Source of the DNA: Octopus sinensis
Taxonomy: Eukaryota
Direction: 5' to 3'
Length of the DNA: 36,810 nucleotides
Assembly: GCF_006345805.1 (NCBI RefSeq)
Contig: NW_021836868.1
Coordinates: 1 to 36,810, forward strand
Shown here: positions 10,346-22,075 of the stretch, in pieces
How positions within the stretch are numbered: position 1 is the first letter of the stretch
How the letters are laid out: each line of letters begins with the position of its first letter
The notes under the pieces: model-generated
What the model was told of the DNA's origin: nothing
The model's database searches: none
What the model saw: only the letters and a program-made list of their open reading frames with translations
Made by a program: the position numbers and the translations under genes

Positions 10346-10558
10346 TGTTGTGGAAGGATTTCGACCACCTTCCAATTGACTTAAAGGGAACTGACACATT
10401 CCTATTAAATAGACAACTGTCGAGTCTTCAGCAATTAATTGGTAAATAGTTCACCGTGAGCCATTGACAGAGAGCGTTTGGTAATCGATTCGCGTCGTGT
10501 AAACACTTTCTTTCCCCCTAATTCCTTAAATCATCCGTTCCAAACCAGGGTATAAAAG
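10346..10558 (+). repeat. 5' LTR
   Basis: Starts TGTTGTGGAAGGATT, ends before the PBS; aligns without gaps to 14674 onward over about 128 nt. Confidence 0.8.
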
Positions 10559-10609
10559 TGGCGAAGAGTTCTTCGAAGTTTGCGTTGGATGTTTAAATTT
10601 GTTTGGGAT

Positions 10610-13600
10610 GGTTATGAACCCAAAGAAAAATCGTTTAAGATAGAAGGCTTATTGGCGTTTGTGGTTCAGTTGCAACAGCAACAATAGTAACAACAAGAGC
10701 GAGTACAACAGCAACAACAACAAAACCAAGAATTGATGTTAACGAAGTCTAAAAATACTTCAGGTGCGAACTTGCCAGACAGCGTAGCAATCTCTATTGA
10801 AGAATTCAGTTATAATCCAGAGGAAGGGATTACCTTCACTGCATATTTTCGAAGATACGAATAAATTTTCAAAGAAGATTTTATGAATTGATCTGAGAGG
10901 AAAAATAGTACGACTACTTGTAAGAAAGGTATCCCTTGCCGAATACAAAAAATATAGTAATTATATTCTGCCGAAGAAGTCAGGTGAGATTTGTTACAAT
11001 AAAAACTATTAACATTTTATCAAATGATTGAGAACTGGACGAAAATTAACTCTTCAGACAGAAGCAGAAGAATGCCAGGGAACACAACGCAGAAAGAAAT
11101 GAAGAAAAAGGTTGCTCTCATATTCCAGTGTCTCCACCGTAACGGATAAGAAATAAGACAAAAAATGTCAAGAAGGAGTCCATGTTGTGGTCTACATTTT
11201 AAAAGTAACTGCCCGGTTACAATCCAAAAACGAAATTTTATCAAAACGTTTCAGTGAAAGAAGTTCTCTGCTAAATACTTGAGGACAGTTTTTATATTTT
11301 GTCCAAAAACATGAAGATTTCGTCACCTGTGCCGAGGATGTTAACGGAAAGTGTAAAAAATTCAAATCATATGAATTAAGATGATGTTCAAATGCATATT
11401 TTTGGTTTAAGGTCTAACTGCAAGCAAAGATGGAGATATATGTTCACGGATGTCAACAAAATTAGAACTGGACAAAAAGTAACTCTACAGGCAGAAGCAG
11501 AAGAATGCCAGGAAAGACGACGCAGAAAAAAATGAAGAAAGCGACGCCCAAAACGAAATTGAAGAAAAAGATTGCTCTCATATTCCAATGTCTCCTCCGT
11601 CACGGAGAAGAAGTAAGAGAAACAAATGTGTATATCGAATCCATGTTGTGGGTGCGGTGGTCAACATTTTAAAAGTAACTGCCCGTTTAAAAATATAAAA
11701 GGAGTCAAATGTGGCAAGAGAGATCATAAAATATCACACTGTAGAACAAACCTGGAAAACAGCTCAACAGAAAGAAAACACGAAAACAGGTTATCGGTGA
11801 CCAAAAAACGAACAGCCTCAAAGGAAATTTGTGGACGTAAAGTTGCAACTAGTTAAGGGCAGTGATATCTCGATAATTAACACAGATACATAGAAAAAAA
11901 ACAGAAGACTCAGATTAAGACATTTCGAAAATTGTAGGTGGTGTTTCAGGAAAATAATTACATTTTAATGGCGTAATGATAAATCACGTTCCATTTCGTG
12001 GAAAAACCTTGAAAACCAAAGATTTTGTGTTGAATAATATCACAAATTTATTCGGAACACTGAATAGAACTGTTTACGTTATGGGAACTCCCAATAAATC
12101 TTTTCTGTAAAAATGTGAATGGTTTTCTTGCCAATACAAATGAATCTTCGGACGATTTGTAAAAATAAATTTAAAAGATTTTTCCTGAAGTTCTCTCTGA
12201 TAAATTAGATCTGAGCATCACAACGAAAACGAAGTTCCAAGTAAAAGTAAATGCCAAACCTGTATTTAAATATAAACGAACTGTAACCTTTGCATCATGG
12301 AACAGATAAACTTTTGCAGCGTTAGAAACAAATAAACAAAATCAGAGTGTATGCTGATTTTTTCCACTGGTTTAAATGAGTGTCTTAAAACGTTCCACTA
12401 TCAGCTACCTACCCTGGGGGATATATTTGCAAAATTAGACGGTGGCAAGGTATTTTCTTAATTGGATCTCCCTGACGCATACCTACATATTAACGTAGAC
12501 GATGAATGCTATAAATACCTAAAGATTAACGCACATATGTATATATATTTCTTTACTACCCACAAGGATCTAAACACAGAGGGGAAAAACAAGGACAGAT
12601 AAACGGATTAAGTCGATTACATCGACCCCAGTGCGTAACTGGTACTTAATTTATCGACCCCGAAAGGATGAAAGGCAAAGTCGACCTCGGCGGAATTTGA
12701 ACTCGGAACGTAATGACAGATGAAATACGGCTAGGCATTTCGCCCGGCGCGCTAACGTTTCTGCCAGCTGGCCGCTTATGTATGTACAACAGGTTACCGT
12801 ATGCCTTTATGTCACACCGGCGATTTTTCAACATCTTATGGATGCAGTGTTAGCGGATAGTAAATTTGCATTTCCATCTCTGGATGATATACTCATTAAA
12901 AGCGAATCACGGGATCAACATGTAGAGCAAGTAATATATATGTTCGAAAAAATTAGGGATTACAGTGAAAAAGAAAGCGTGAATTTTTTTTCTTAACGAA
13001 AATAAAATTGGACAAACAATTGAAAGAAATGGACGAGGACCAGATCCGTTGAGGGCAGACGCAATTAAATACATGTCCCCTCCAACAAATATAACGACCT
13101 TACATGATTGCTTTGGAGACAGGCAAATTAGGATCAAAATCATATTCTCAATATGCATAGGGTAAGTGTTACAGTAGATTATGTATTTACAAAAATGTCA
13201 ATTGAAATTGCTCTGAAAATTGTCAAAAGGAATTCAACAAAATTTTAAAATATTAACATCTGATTTGTTGTTAGCACGCTTCGATTCTGTAGCAGAGAAT
13301 GTTGTAACTTCAGATGTCTCTGAATACTGAATCGGCGCAGTAATGCTACATAAATAAAAAAGATGGTAACATGAAGGCGGTGGTTTATGATATCAGCAGA
13401 AAATATTACAGCCAAATCAAAAAAGAGGCTCTTGTAATTATTTTTGCAGTAAAAAATTGCATAGATTTTTACACGGCAGAAGTTTTTGAATACAGACAGA
13501 TCATCGTCCGTTATTATCAGTATATGATTCAAAGAAATAAATATCTAGCCGTACTGCTAATAGGCTGCAGCACTGGGGTACTGTATTATTAAGCTATGAA

Positions 13601-14600
13601 TTTAAGATAGAGTATATACCATCTAAAAAATTAGGACACGCTAATTGTTTATCAAGACCGATTTCAGAAAATGCTGAAGCATTTGAAGATACCGTGATTG
13701 CTACTTTGCGAGCGGAAAATGAAATTAAAAGCAAACTGAATAACTCCATGCGTGAACTGCTATTTACGTTACAGGACATAACATTACAATTGGGAAACGA
13801 TATATTCATTACAAAATGAAAGAAATGCAGAAGTGTTAAAGAGATGAAAAATATTCGAGTCTATCACGAGGTGTGACCATGTGCTGATGTATGCACAAAG
13901 AGTCGTAGTGACAGCCACACTACAAAAGCAATTACTAAAGGAATTTCATATTGAGTCAAAGGGATTTCGATAATGAAATCGTTAATGAGAAGTTAGGTAT
14001 ACTGGCCAACAACGGTCTATAACGTTGAAGATATAATGATAGTATGCAATACGCTGTTCTCTAGCTCCAAATACACCCGTCACGAAATGGCACCCGTGGC
14101 CAAAATCACTTAAAGTTTCATATCACTTCGTTGTGGGGGACTGTTTTTCAACGTGCTCTGAAGTGCATAAATGTAGAAAGCCGACATCTCTGGTTACAAA
14201 GATATTTGATGTTTGTTAGAATAATCAGATCCATCTGTGATCAACCGATACCGAGTGAAAATATAAAAATGGAATATTTCAAAATTCTTCAAGCTAGGTG
14301 ACAAACTATATTAGAGACCTATACATATATTAAACAAGGCTGGGAGGATGGTACAATTGTTAAATAAATTGCAAGAATGATATTCCTGGTAAAAGGTAAA
14401 ATAAATATCGAACATAAAAGACTTATTAACCAACTTAAAACCTGATTCAAGGAAAAATCAGTCAAAGGAAGTGAATTTCTCATGAAAGTATTGCACGACA
14501 CGTTTGAGGTACCAACACAGAAACAATTTGTAATTACACATTCTTGCACCAGAAAACGAAACGAATGGAAACACAAGAATTGAGCCCTAAGCATAAGAGA
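10610..14600 (+). pseudogene. gag-pol pseudogene
   Basis: EEFSYNPEEGITFTAYFRRYE (gag); CCGCGGQHFKSNCP and KCGKRDHKISHC knuckles; LQLVKGSDISIIN (protease, DTG lost); PAIFQHLMDAVLA..FPSLDDILI (RT); YSQIKKEALVIIFAVK (RNase H); many frameshifts; integrase DDE core apparently deleted near 14130. Confidence 0.85.
12548..12776 (-). mobile_element. tRNA-derived SINE with Deu/Nin-like domain, inserted in the Gypsy RT
   Basis: Minus strand A-box TGGCAGAAACGTTAG, B-box GAGTTCAAATTCC, then GCCTTTCATCCTTTCGGGGTCGATAAATTAAGTACCAG; RT motifs continue on both sides (INAH | YNRLPY). Confidence 0.88.
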
Positions 14601-14673
14601 TATTAAAACTCTGAGCGACTTTAATTCTCAAGTGGAGAATTTAGGGGAGACTAATTCTATAAAGGGGAGAGGC

Positions 14674-14920
14674 TGTGGAAAGATTCTGACAACCTTCCAA
14701 GTGACTAAAAGTGGTCTGACACATTTCCATTACTTGGAGAACTGTCTAGTCGTAAGCAATTGATTGGTAAGCATTTCTCTATGATCCGTTGGCAGAGAGC
14801 GTCGAGTCTCATGTAATAGCAATCGTATTGTGTCGTGTAAATAGTCGTGTAAATAGCTTCGTTAAATTATATATCTAATACCAAGATACAGAACGTATTC
14901 AGGGCCAAACTTAGCACAAT
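14674..14920 (+). repeat. 3' LTR (right boundary approximate)
   Basis: Follows the PPT; TGTGGAAAGATTCTGACAACCTTCCAA homologous to the 5' LTR. Confidence 0.75.
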
Positions 14921-14924
14921 ACTA

Positions 14925-17060
14925 CGAACTTGAATCTGTCAATGGTCGCCTGCAGTACAGTGAGTTATATATTATTAATGCATCACAGAGTGCAGGCTCT
15001 GCATCACAGAGTGGATGCAATCCCAAAGCTCTTCTCAAAGAATGGTTGTCATGTGCAACAAGTAAATCCTTATGTTGAGTTATATGGCAACATGCACTTA
15101 ATTGAACAACAAGAGATTGAAAATGCCAGGAGAGAAAATGTGAACTACAATTCAAAAGAAGGCGCTACAATTTTGAATTGGAGGACAGACATGTATTTGG
15201 TGTAAGAGTAACTCATGTCCATGTTATCGAGTTTCAAAAGAGAGGACTTCCACACTGCCTTATGCTCGTAGACAAAGTGAAGATCAGAGATGATATAGAC
15301 AGAATGGTATCAGCAGAAATTTCTGATTCAAATGATGACCCCGTCTTGCATGATTTATTAAAAAAATTCATGATACTTAGACCTTGTGGTGTTGATAATC
15401 CCTCCTCTCAATACATGGGGAATGGCTCTAGCCAAACAAAGTTTCCCAAGAACTACAGAAATGAGACACTACTAAATATTAATGGATATCCAGAATACAT
15501 GAGGCACAATAAAGGGATCACATCACAAGTTGGATGCCATTCTGTTGACAACTGGTATGTCGTTCCATACTATTTTATATTTTATTTTATCTAGTTTCAG
15601 CTCAAGAGCTGTGGCCATGCTGGGGCACCGCCATTTGGTGTTGCTACATGATTTTACTTCATGAATGCTTTTTAGCAACTGCCATTTGGTGCATGAGAGG
15701 GTTCGATGCAGCTGCCCTCATCTGCACCTCCTACCTTGAAGTTGGTTCATCTGGGACACTTGACAGGAAGAGATCCAGTCCTACTTTAAAGACATCTGCA
15801 TCCATCCACACCATGCAGGTCTTTCAGGTTCTTCGGGAGGATATTGAAGAGCTGTGGGCCTCTGAAGCCCAGGCTAACACAGAATCTTCTCCTACATCTT
15901 GATGGCAAATTTGGAGTCCTTGGCACCACGCAGTGGCGCCCAGTTCTGGCATTTGTGTTACTCTCGATGCCGAGATGCTTACCTATTAAAGAAATTCCGA
16001 GCTCTTATTAATGTAGAAGTTTGCTCCTCCGTAAATTATCAACTACATATGCAAGAATGCCTACAACGGTCGCGATAGCGCTTCAGTTGAAGTAAGGAAT
16101 GATGCAGTTGCAGAAGGTGGACAGACTCAGCAACCTCATGGTTAAATCAGAAATTATTTTGCTTCTAAAGCCATGTGGAGAATATTTAAGTAGAAACTGC
16201 ATGACTCGTCCCTCACTGTCTACAGATTAGCTGTTCACTTTGAAGACCAGCGGAGACTGAGCTTTCACTGAGGTAACACTTCGCAACCTGCTCAAGAACA
16301 GAGAGATCGTGACAATACTCTCATTGCATGGTTCAAACTGAATGAGCACGATTAACGGAAGTACTTGTACCCTAACATTCCTAAAGTTATGTGTTTAATG
16401 AACGTACAAAATCATGAACACTCAGGTGAAGAAACAATAACATCGGCTGCAGAATGAACACTGTGAGTCCTAAGGACGGAGAAAAATTTCATTTACGATT
16501 GCTATTTTGGATGTTCCAGGTGCTGAGCGCTTTGAGAAGTGAGCACTGTAGGAGGTGAAATCTATGCAACATTTAAAGATGCGTACATATGACTTGGTCT
16601 TCTCCAAAATGATGAGGGTTTGGAGCATACTATACTTGAAGCTACTGCGAATCGGATGCCATTTCATTTTTGTATTTGTGTTTCATTTGTGTTTGCTGTC
16701 CTCTGCACCTATTCAAATCATTCCAATGTCTTCGCCTGTGGAATACTGAAAAGAATTCTATGATGGAAGATTATGCTCACCGAGGGCTGAATGCAGACTC
16801 TACACTCCATAAATTCTGTGTTTATTGAAAATGGCACTAGATTGTTTAATATTAGCTTGCTTGTACCAATTGGAATGTAACGGGTTGAGCAGAAAGATGA
16901 CATGAACCACCCACTCATTGCAACCCTTACCAACGAGCAGAAAGGGATCGCCGATGCAGTCATTAAAGACAGTTGGTAAGAAAAGGTTGAGGTGAGATGC
17001 TGGAATCTTTCTATTTCTCTGCAGATGTTCCCGGGGTCTGTAACTTCATAAATTCCGATT
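14925..17060 (+). pseudogene. Helitron RepHel pseudogene (Rep domain to start of helicase), interrupted by CR1
   Basis: QQVNPYVELY; HVFG..HVIEFQKRGLPH (HUH motif); YVVPY | INVEVCSSV; TLIAWFKLN; STVGGEIYATFKDAY; LTNEQKGIADAVI; degenerate Walker A near 17025. Confidence 0.9.
15571..15957 (-). mobile_element. CR1-type LINE 3' end inserted in the Helitron
   Basis: Minus strand RTGRHCVVPR...SLGFRGPQLFNILPKNLKDLHG..VFKVGLDLFLSSVPDEPT with an (ATAAA)n tail. Confidence 0.87.
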
Positions 17061-17459
17061 CAATCCGTACACTTCGGTAAATTTCTTATTTACTTTTGCA
17101 ACGTTTTGTGTTTTGTTTTTGTTGTTGTTGAAGGAATTACTAATAAATGTAAGTTCATAATTTACTGCCAGGAGTAACTTCAAACATTTCACTTAAACCC
17201 GCGCACATAGTTAATTTCCTTAAAAAATTGTTATTTACTTTTGCGGCGGTGTTTTGTTTATCTGTTGTTAATGGCTTTTTTCTGGTTCCTTCGATACTGG
17301 CACTTTGGTTCACTAAGTGACAAATTTCGCTTCAACCCGTACAATTCTTTATTTTCCGAAAAATATCTTGTTAATGTTCTGCTCGACGTATTAAGAAATA
17401 TAATTTTCGTTACCCAGTTATTTCATTGTTTACTATCTTCTGCGCCCGTGTATTTCGGT

Positions 17460-18060
17460 ATAATGAAGCCTAGAAGGAAGGTGTCAAATTTGTCTACAAT
17501 GTCAAGGTAAAGCCAAAAGAATGTCTCTGTCCAGGGAAAGAGAGACAGCTGCAGAAAGGGAAGCATACCAAGAAACGAACAAACCGTGCACTACGAAAAC
17601 AAACAGGGCATCTCAAAGTGATGAACAGAGGTATGCACGGCTGATAAGGAATAAGATGTGCACTGCAGAACGAAGAGCATTTGCAACAGCGCAGAGAAGC
17701 AACTTCTATGGAACAGCTTTCAATGATGATCCAGCGGTTCATTATGCAGATGACACTAGAGTTTCCATTGGTGCAATAACAACTGAGTCCATACATTGTA
17801 AGCAAGGAATTGGCTGCGAGAGACACATGCACTGTGCTGCATTGGTGGAAAAGTTAAACTCTCTGCAATCCCCCAACCTGCGGAACCATTGAAGGAACTG
17901 TTGTCATCAACTGACCAAGGTTTCAAGCACTGCCAGAACAAAGGTTCACAACACAATGCTGCACTACAGATGAAATAATTTAGGGCCACGAGAGATTTAA
18001 CTGAGGCAGGATTCATGCAATCTTTCAAGATCCAAGGTTAGATGTATCATCGGATCGGCA
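17460..18060 (+). pseudogene. N-terminal fragment of a second Helitron family
   Basis: MKPRRKVSNL..AKRMSLSRERE; Cys-rich ..CCIGGKV..PEPLKELL; GFMQSFKIQG*MYHRIG (Helitron FKIQGQVYHRIG motif). Confidence 0.7.
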
Positions 18061-18321
18061 TTTTATTTTTTTAAATCTGTACCTGTCTTTTGCTTACTAA
18101 ATAAGCTAGACAAAGTGTATTTTTGAATTACGTGTATTTATTTTATATATATATATATGAGTTGAAAACTTTCTTTTAATATTTCACTAACGTCTATGTT
18201 CCATTTTGGCATAGGCTGGAGAGTTATTAATATAGAAAGTTGGTATCTCAGCTATTAGCAGTTGAGAACTGCGTAATCTAGACGGCGTTGAGAGATTGAT
18301 ATATTTATATATATATTATAT

Positions 18322-18365
<44 letters not shown>

Positions 18366-18791
18366 TTCGACAAAAATTGGCTGATGAGTACTCAGCATCT
18401 TAAATCTGTTGTAATACTTACAACATTTAATATAATAATGTAGTATGGAACGATCGTACCAAATTACCGGAGTCATTCTTGGTGCTTATTTTGAGTATAT
18501 ATAATTATATATATTTTATAAGTATATATATTTTTGCCTGAGTAATCATTTGCCTCTCCTCCCTGTTTTCTTCTTTCTTTTCTACTACTTTCTTTTCCCT
18601 CTAAGCAGTTATGAAAGCGAAAGCTCATTACGTCACTTAATCTAAAGAGGAACGCAAGACTTCCTCGTTCATATTTGAATCTTTTACATGTCTGCAGTCT
18701 TATTTGTATTTTATTCGTTCCCCAACTAGATGGCAGTATAACAACATGCCAGATGACCCTCGAAATCTTTAGTCACTCACAACTTTATCGA

Positions 18792-18893
18792 TGTGCCTGA
18801 TGAGGTCCAGAATGATCGATGCAGCACAACACGTTGAACAGAGTCCCACACATAAAGGACAATAGCAAGACGGGTCGAAACGAAAGTTGTACA
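18792..18893 (+). ncRNA. Type-I hammerhead motif with complete canonical core and 63-nt helix II insertion
   Basis: TGTGC(18792-96)-CTGATGA(18797-803)-GGTCC...GGGTC(18872-76)-GAAA-C-GAAA-GTT-GTACA(18889-93), then AATAAA at 18895. Confidence 0.7.
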
Positions 18894-18972
18894 GAATAAA
18901 ATTTAATACCAGATCCATCATTTCGTTACTTAATATAATTATGTATACACAAATACACACAAACAAGCAAAC

Positions 18973-19010
<38 letters not shown>

Positions 19011-19021
19011 TATATATATAT

Positions 19022-19055
<34 letters not shown>

Positions 19056-19074
19056 CGTGTGTGTGTGTGTGTGT

Positions 19075-20265
19075 GTGTAGCTGGGCCGGCCTGTGAAACT
19101 CATCGACTAAGCAATTTTCTAGACATCCTACTGAAACCCTTGCTGAAATACATCAATAGTTTCATTAGGGAAAAAACAATTAATAAAGAAGCAATATTGG
19201 TCGCCCTCGATGTTATCAATCTTTACACCAACATCTCCCATGACTAAGGAATAAATGCACTAAATAAGATAAATAAGATAAATAGTAACATTCTATTCAC
19301 AATGGAATACAACAAAGAATATCTCCCATTTTTAGACATCATGATAAAAAAAGTTGTCAATGAAATCATAACTGACATTTATTATAAACCAACTGATTCA
19401 AAACAATATCTTCTCTTTAACTCATGCCACCCGAAACGCATCAAAGTAAACATCCCTTTCAATTTACCAAAAAGTTTCTGCACAGTAGTGTCTGATAGAA
19501 CAACTCAGGACCTTCGTCTTCAAGACCTCAAAACAATACTTATTGAAAGACAATATCCACCCTCACTTATCGACGAAATTAAACGTACCAAACAATTAGA
19601 CACAATAACACTGAGAACAACAAAACATAACACCACACCTCAACTCAAAGCATTACTATTCATATCAACACACAATCACAGCAACAGTGAGTCATTCACC
19701 ACTATTGTGCAAACTCTTCCTTTGCTAACTAGAGATCCAAAAATGAACGACATCCAGAAAATACACAAACTCATCAAATGCAAAAGACAAGAAAAATCTC
19801 TAAAGATACAGCTAACGAATGCGAAGCTTTACAAAACAACCACGAAACGAAAGGTTGAAAAATGTGGACGCCCAAACTGTGGAACCTGCCCCAACCTGCT
19901 TCAAGGCTCGGATTTCCTTTTCAAACAAGGACAGAGGTACACAATCACAACTAGTTTCACTTGTGCCTCTGAGAACCTAATTTATGTAATAACATGCTCG
20001 GGTTGCGGACACCACTATATTGGACAAATGAGTATGACTTTGAGAAAGAGAACCACTCTACATAAGGACGAAATCGGATTCCCGGAATACAGACAAATTC
20101 CTCTCAGTTAACTTATAGAAAAATGTGCAAATAACATCAAACGAAATTTCACAGTCTTCCTATTTTACCAGTGCAAAGACGCAATCTCTCAACTAGAACC
20201 TTTACATAAAGAAACTTTTTTCATTGAAAAATACAAAACACGTCTTAATATCCACGCATAACTAA
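19075..20265 (+). mobile_element. Penelope-like element: RT (core deleted) + GIY-YIG endonuclease
   Basis: AGPACETHRLSNFLDILLKP; LDVINLYTNISH; FTMEYNKEYLPFLDIMI; TDIYYKPTDSKQYL; CGRPNCGTC; NLIYVITCSGCGHHYIGQ; ends ..RLNIHA*. Confidence 0.92.
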
Positions 20266-20551
20266 CTTTTATTTTTTTAATATTTCAGTTCACGATTACA
20301 TCACTGTACATAAATTCCCTACTCAAGAAGGTTTTTGAAACTTGTCTCTGTCTGTACATATATATAATCCCAACCCATTACCTACAGCTGAACAGTTATC
20401 TCCCTTACCCATAACAATAACAATAATAACGAAAACCAATTACCGCCCTTTATTTATCTACTTGTGAAGTGATTCTCTCGTGAATTTCGTCACACACAAC
20501 ATGGACAAAATTTCTTCTTTAAAAAATATATATTCAAATAAGTAAAACATA

Positions 20552-20586
20552 ATATCATGAATAGCGATATCGAAACCGGTCGATAT
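20552..20586 (+). ncRNA. Minimal hammerhead-like motif, A3-U8 core variant, in the Penelope 3' pLTR region
   Basis: ATATC-ATGAATA-GCGATATC-GAAA-C-CG-GTC-GATAT, then ATTAAA; about 300 bp after the GIY-YIG stop. Confidence 0.5.
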
Positions 20587-20913
20587 ATTAAAAATTATAT
20601 CAAAACTATGTAAGTGTGCGTATGTTCCTTTTTAATTCTTATTCATATTACAACTCACAACGTGGGGATAATCGAAATTCCTCTTTTCTCTTACTACAAC
20701 TACTGCTACAAATATACATATATATACATATAAGATATGAGAGGTAATGTTGTCAAGGAGACTCAAATGTGTCAGTTAAAGCTGAGTAGGTTCTATGGAC
20801 ATGCAAATGAGGAGTCAAACGTAGGTCATATATTAACATGGATATGTATAAAATGAACAGAAGGAATTAAAGATCCAAGGCTGTGAAAGATTTAAGAACA
20901 TTTCGAAAGAGAA

Positions 20914-20962
20914 GACGTTACATCTGTTTCCGGGATATTTATGTATCTCTTCATCAGAGACG
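20914..20962 (-). ncRNA. Degenerate type-I hammerhead motif (canonical core)
   Basis: Minus strand CGTCT-CTGATGA-AGAGATA/CATAAA/TATCCCG-GAAA-C-AGAT-GTA; helix I 3' strand and helix II base are damaged. Confidence 0.5.
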
Positions 20963-21052
20963 ATGCGAGAATATGTTTAAGCAATAGGTATTCTAGAATA
21001 ACTATTGCTTAACCATTTTCTCACACAGTCTTCGATGAAAGAATATATAAAA

Positions 21053-21436
21053 CTAGCAGTATCGCCCGGCGTTGCTCAGGCTTGTAAGGGAAATAACTAT
21101 AAAGCATTTTTAGAGAGTTATAGCCAAAAAATAGCAAACAAATGGAAAAAAAATGATGGCAAATTTTTTTTGAGAGTGAAAAAAGGTGGAGTTGCGTCCC
21201 CTAGACGGTCCGTGGTTTGGGTTTCTGATTCTCGACCCCATGTCGAATTTATCGATTTTTTTCAGAACTGGGGGAACTTTTCAAAATTTTCGCTGCGTTA
21301 GTTTTGAATTATGACATTGGGCTATGTCTGTCTCAAGTTTCATCAGAATCGGTTCAAAGCCGTGGTCAGAGTGAGGGTACGAGAAAACAGACACACAGAA
21401 AACGCACAGACAAACTGTCGTTTATATAGAGAGAGA
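21053..21436 (-). mobile_element. Complete non-autonomous Helitron (384 bp)
   Basis: Minus strand 5' TC (TCTCTCTCTATATAAA), 3' imperfect hairpin GCCTGAGCAACGCCGGGC followed by CTAG, inserted between A and T with no TSD; ACAGAC repeats. Confidence 0.85.
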
Positions 21437-21789
21437 TATCCCTGGAGCAGCTGAAAGACCTCTCTATAAATGTTCTGAAATCTTTCAAAGCCTTGGACTT
21501 TTATCTGATTCATTTATATATATATATACAAACACACTTATACACTTACACACACTCACACACACACACTATATATATATATATACATACAAATACATAC
21601 ATATATGTGTGTATAAATGCAAGTGTATGTGGTAATCTATGATTGTTTACGAATTTCATTTTCAAATTTCACAATCTTGAATTATAGGTTGTCCATAAAT
21701 AGTGGACCTGGACACCGACATAACCATTTTGTAGTTTCTTGGCCCGAGAAACAGTAGAATTACCCGATCAACGACAAGTATTACTGCTA

Positions 21790-21835
<46 letters not shown>

Positions 21836-22075
21836 ACTAGCAGTAATTGATAAAGGGCAACAATCTGGAACGTGTCTGCAGCTGTCTGACTAGCAGGATG
21901 AAGCGGCTGACCTCCGCTGTGCGAAGGTTTATAACGTGCGCAGTTTGTGTGTCAAGTAGCTAGCTAGAGACGGTGGCCTCGTGGAGTTAATCAGCGACAG
22001 CTTTAGTCTTATATTTATAAGACTGCCATATTAGTATAGCGATAATTATTACTTATATATATATATATTTATATA

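Larger units (their letters stand above)
10346..14920 (+). mobile_element. Ty3/Gypsy LTR retrotransposon (Mag-like), decayed
   Basis: Two LTRs, PBS TGGCGAAGAG (10559), PPT AAAGGGGAGAGG (14661-72); gag, protease, RT, RNase H and integrase remnants in Gypsy order. Confidence 0.9.

Noticed and set aside
18380-18398. GCTGATGAGTACTCAGC
   Set aside because: CTGATGA is part of a small palindrome; no downstream GAAA or cleavage site
18745-18780. CAGATGA-CCCTC-GAAA hammerhead-like string
   Set aside because: U4 is mutated, helix II cannot form and there is no helix I partner
19302-20111. 269-aa ORF as a functional or domesticated gene
   Set aside because: It is an internal piece of a Penelope ORF lacking the RT core, with a stop in the GIY-YIG tail; no evidence of exon structure
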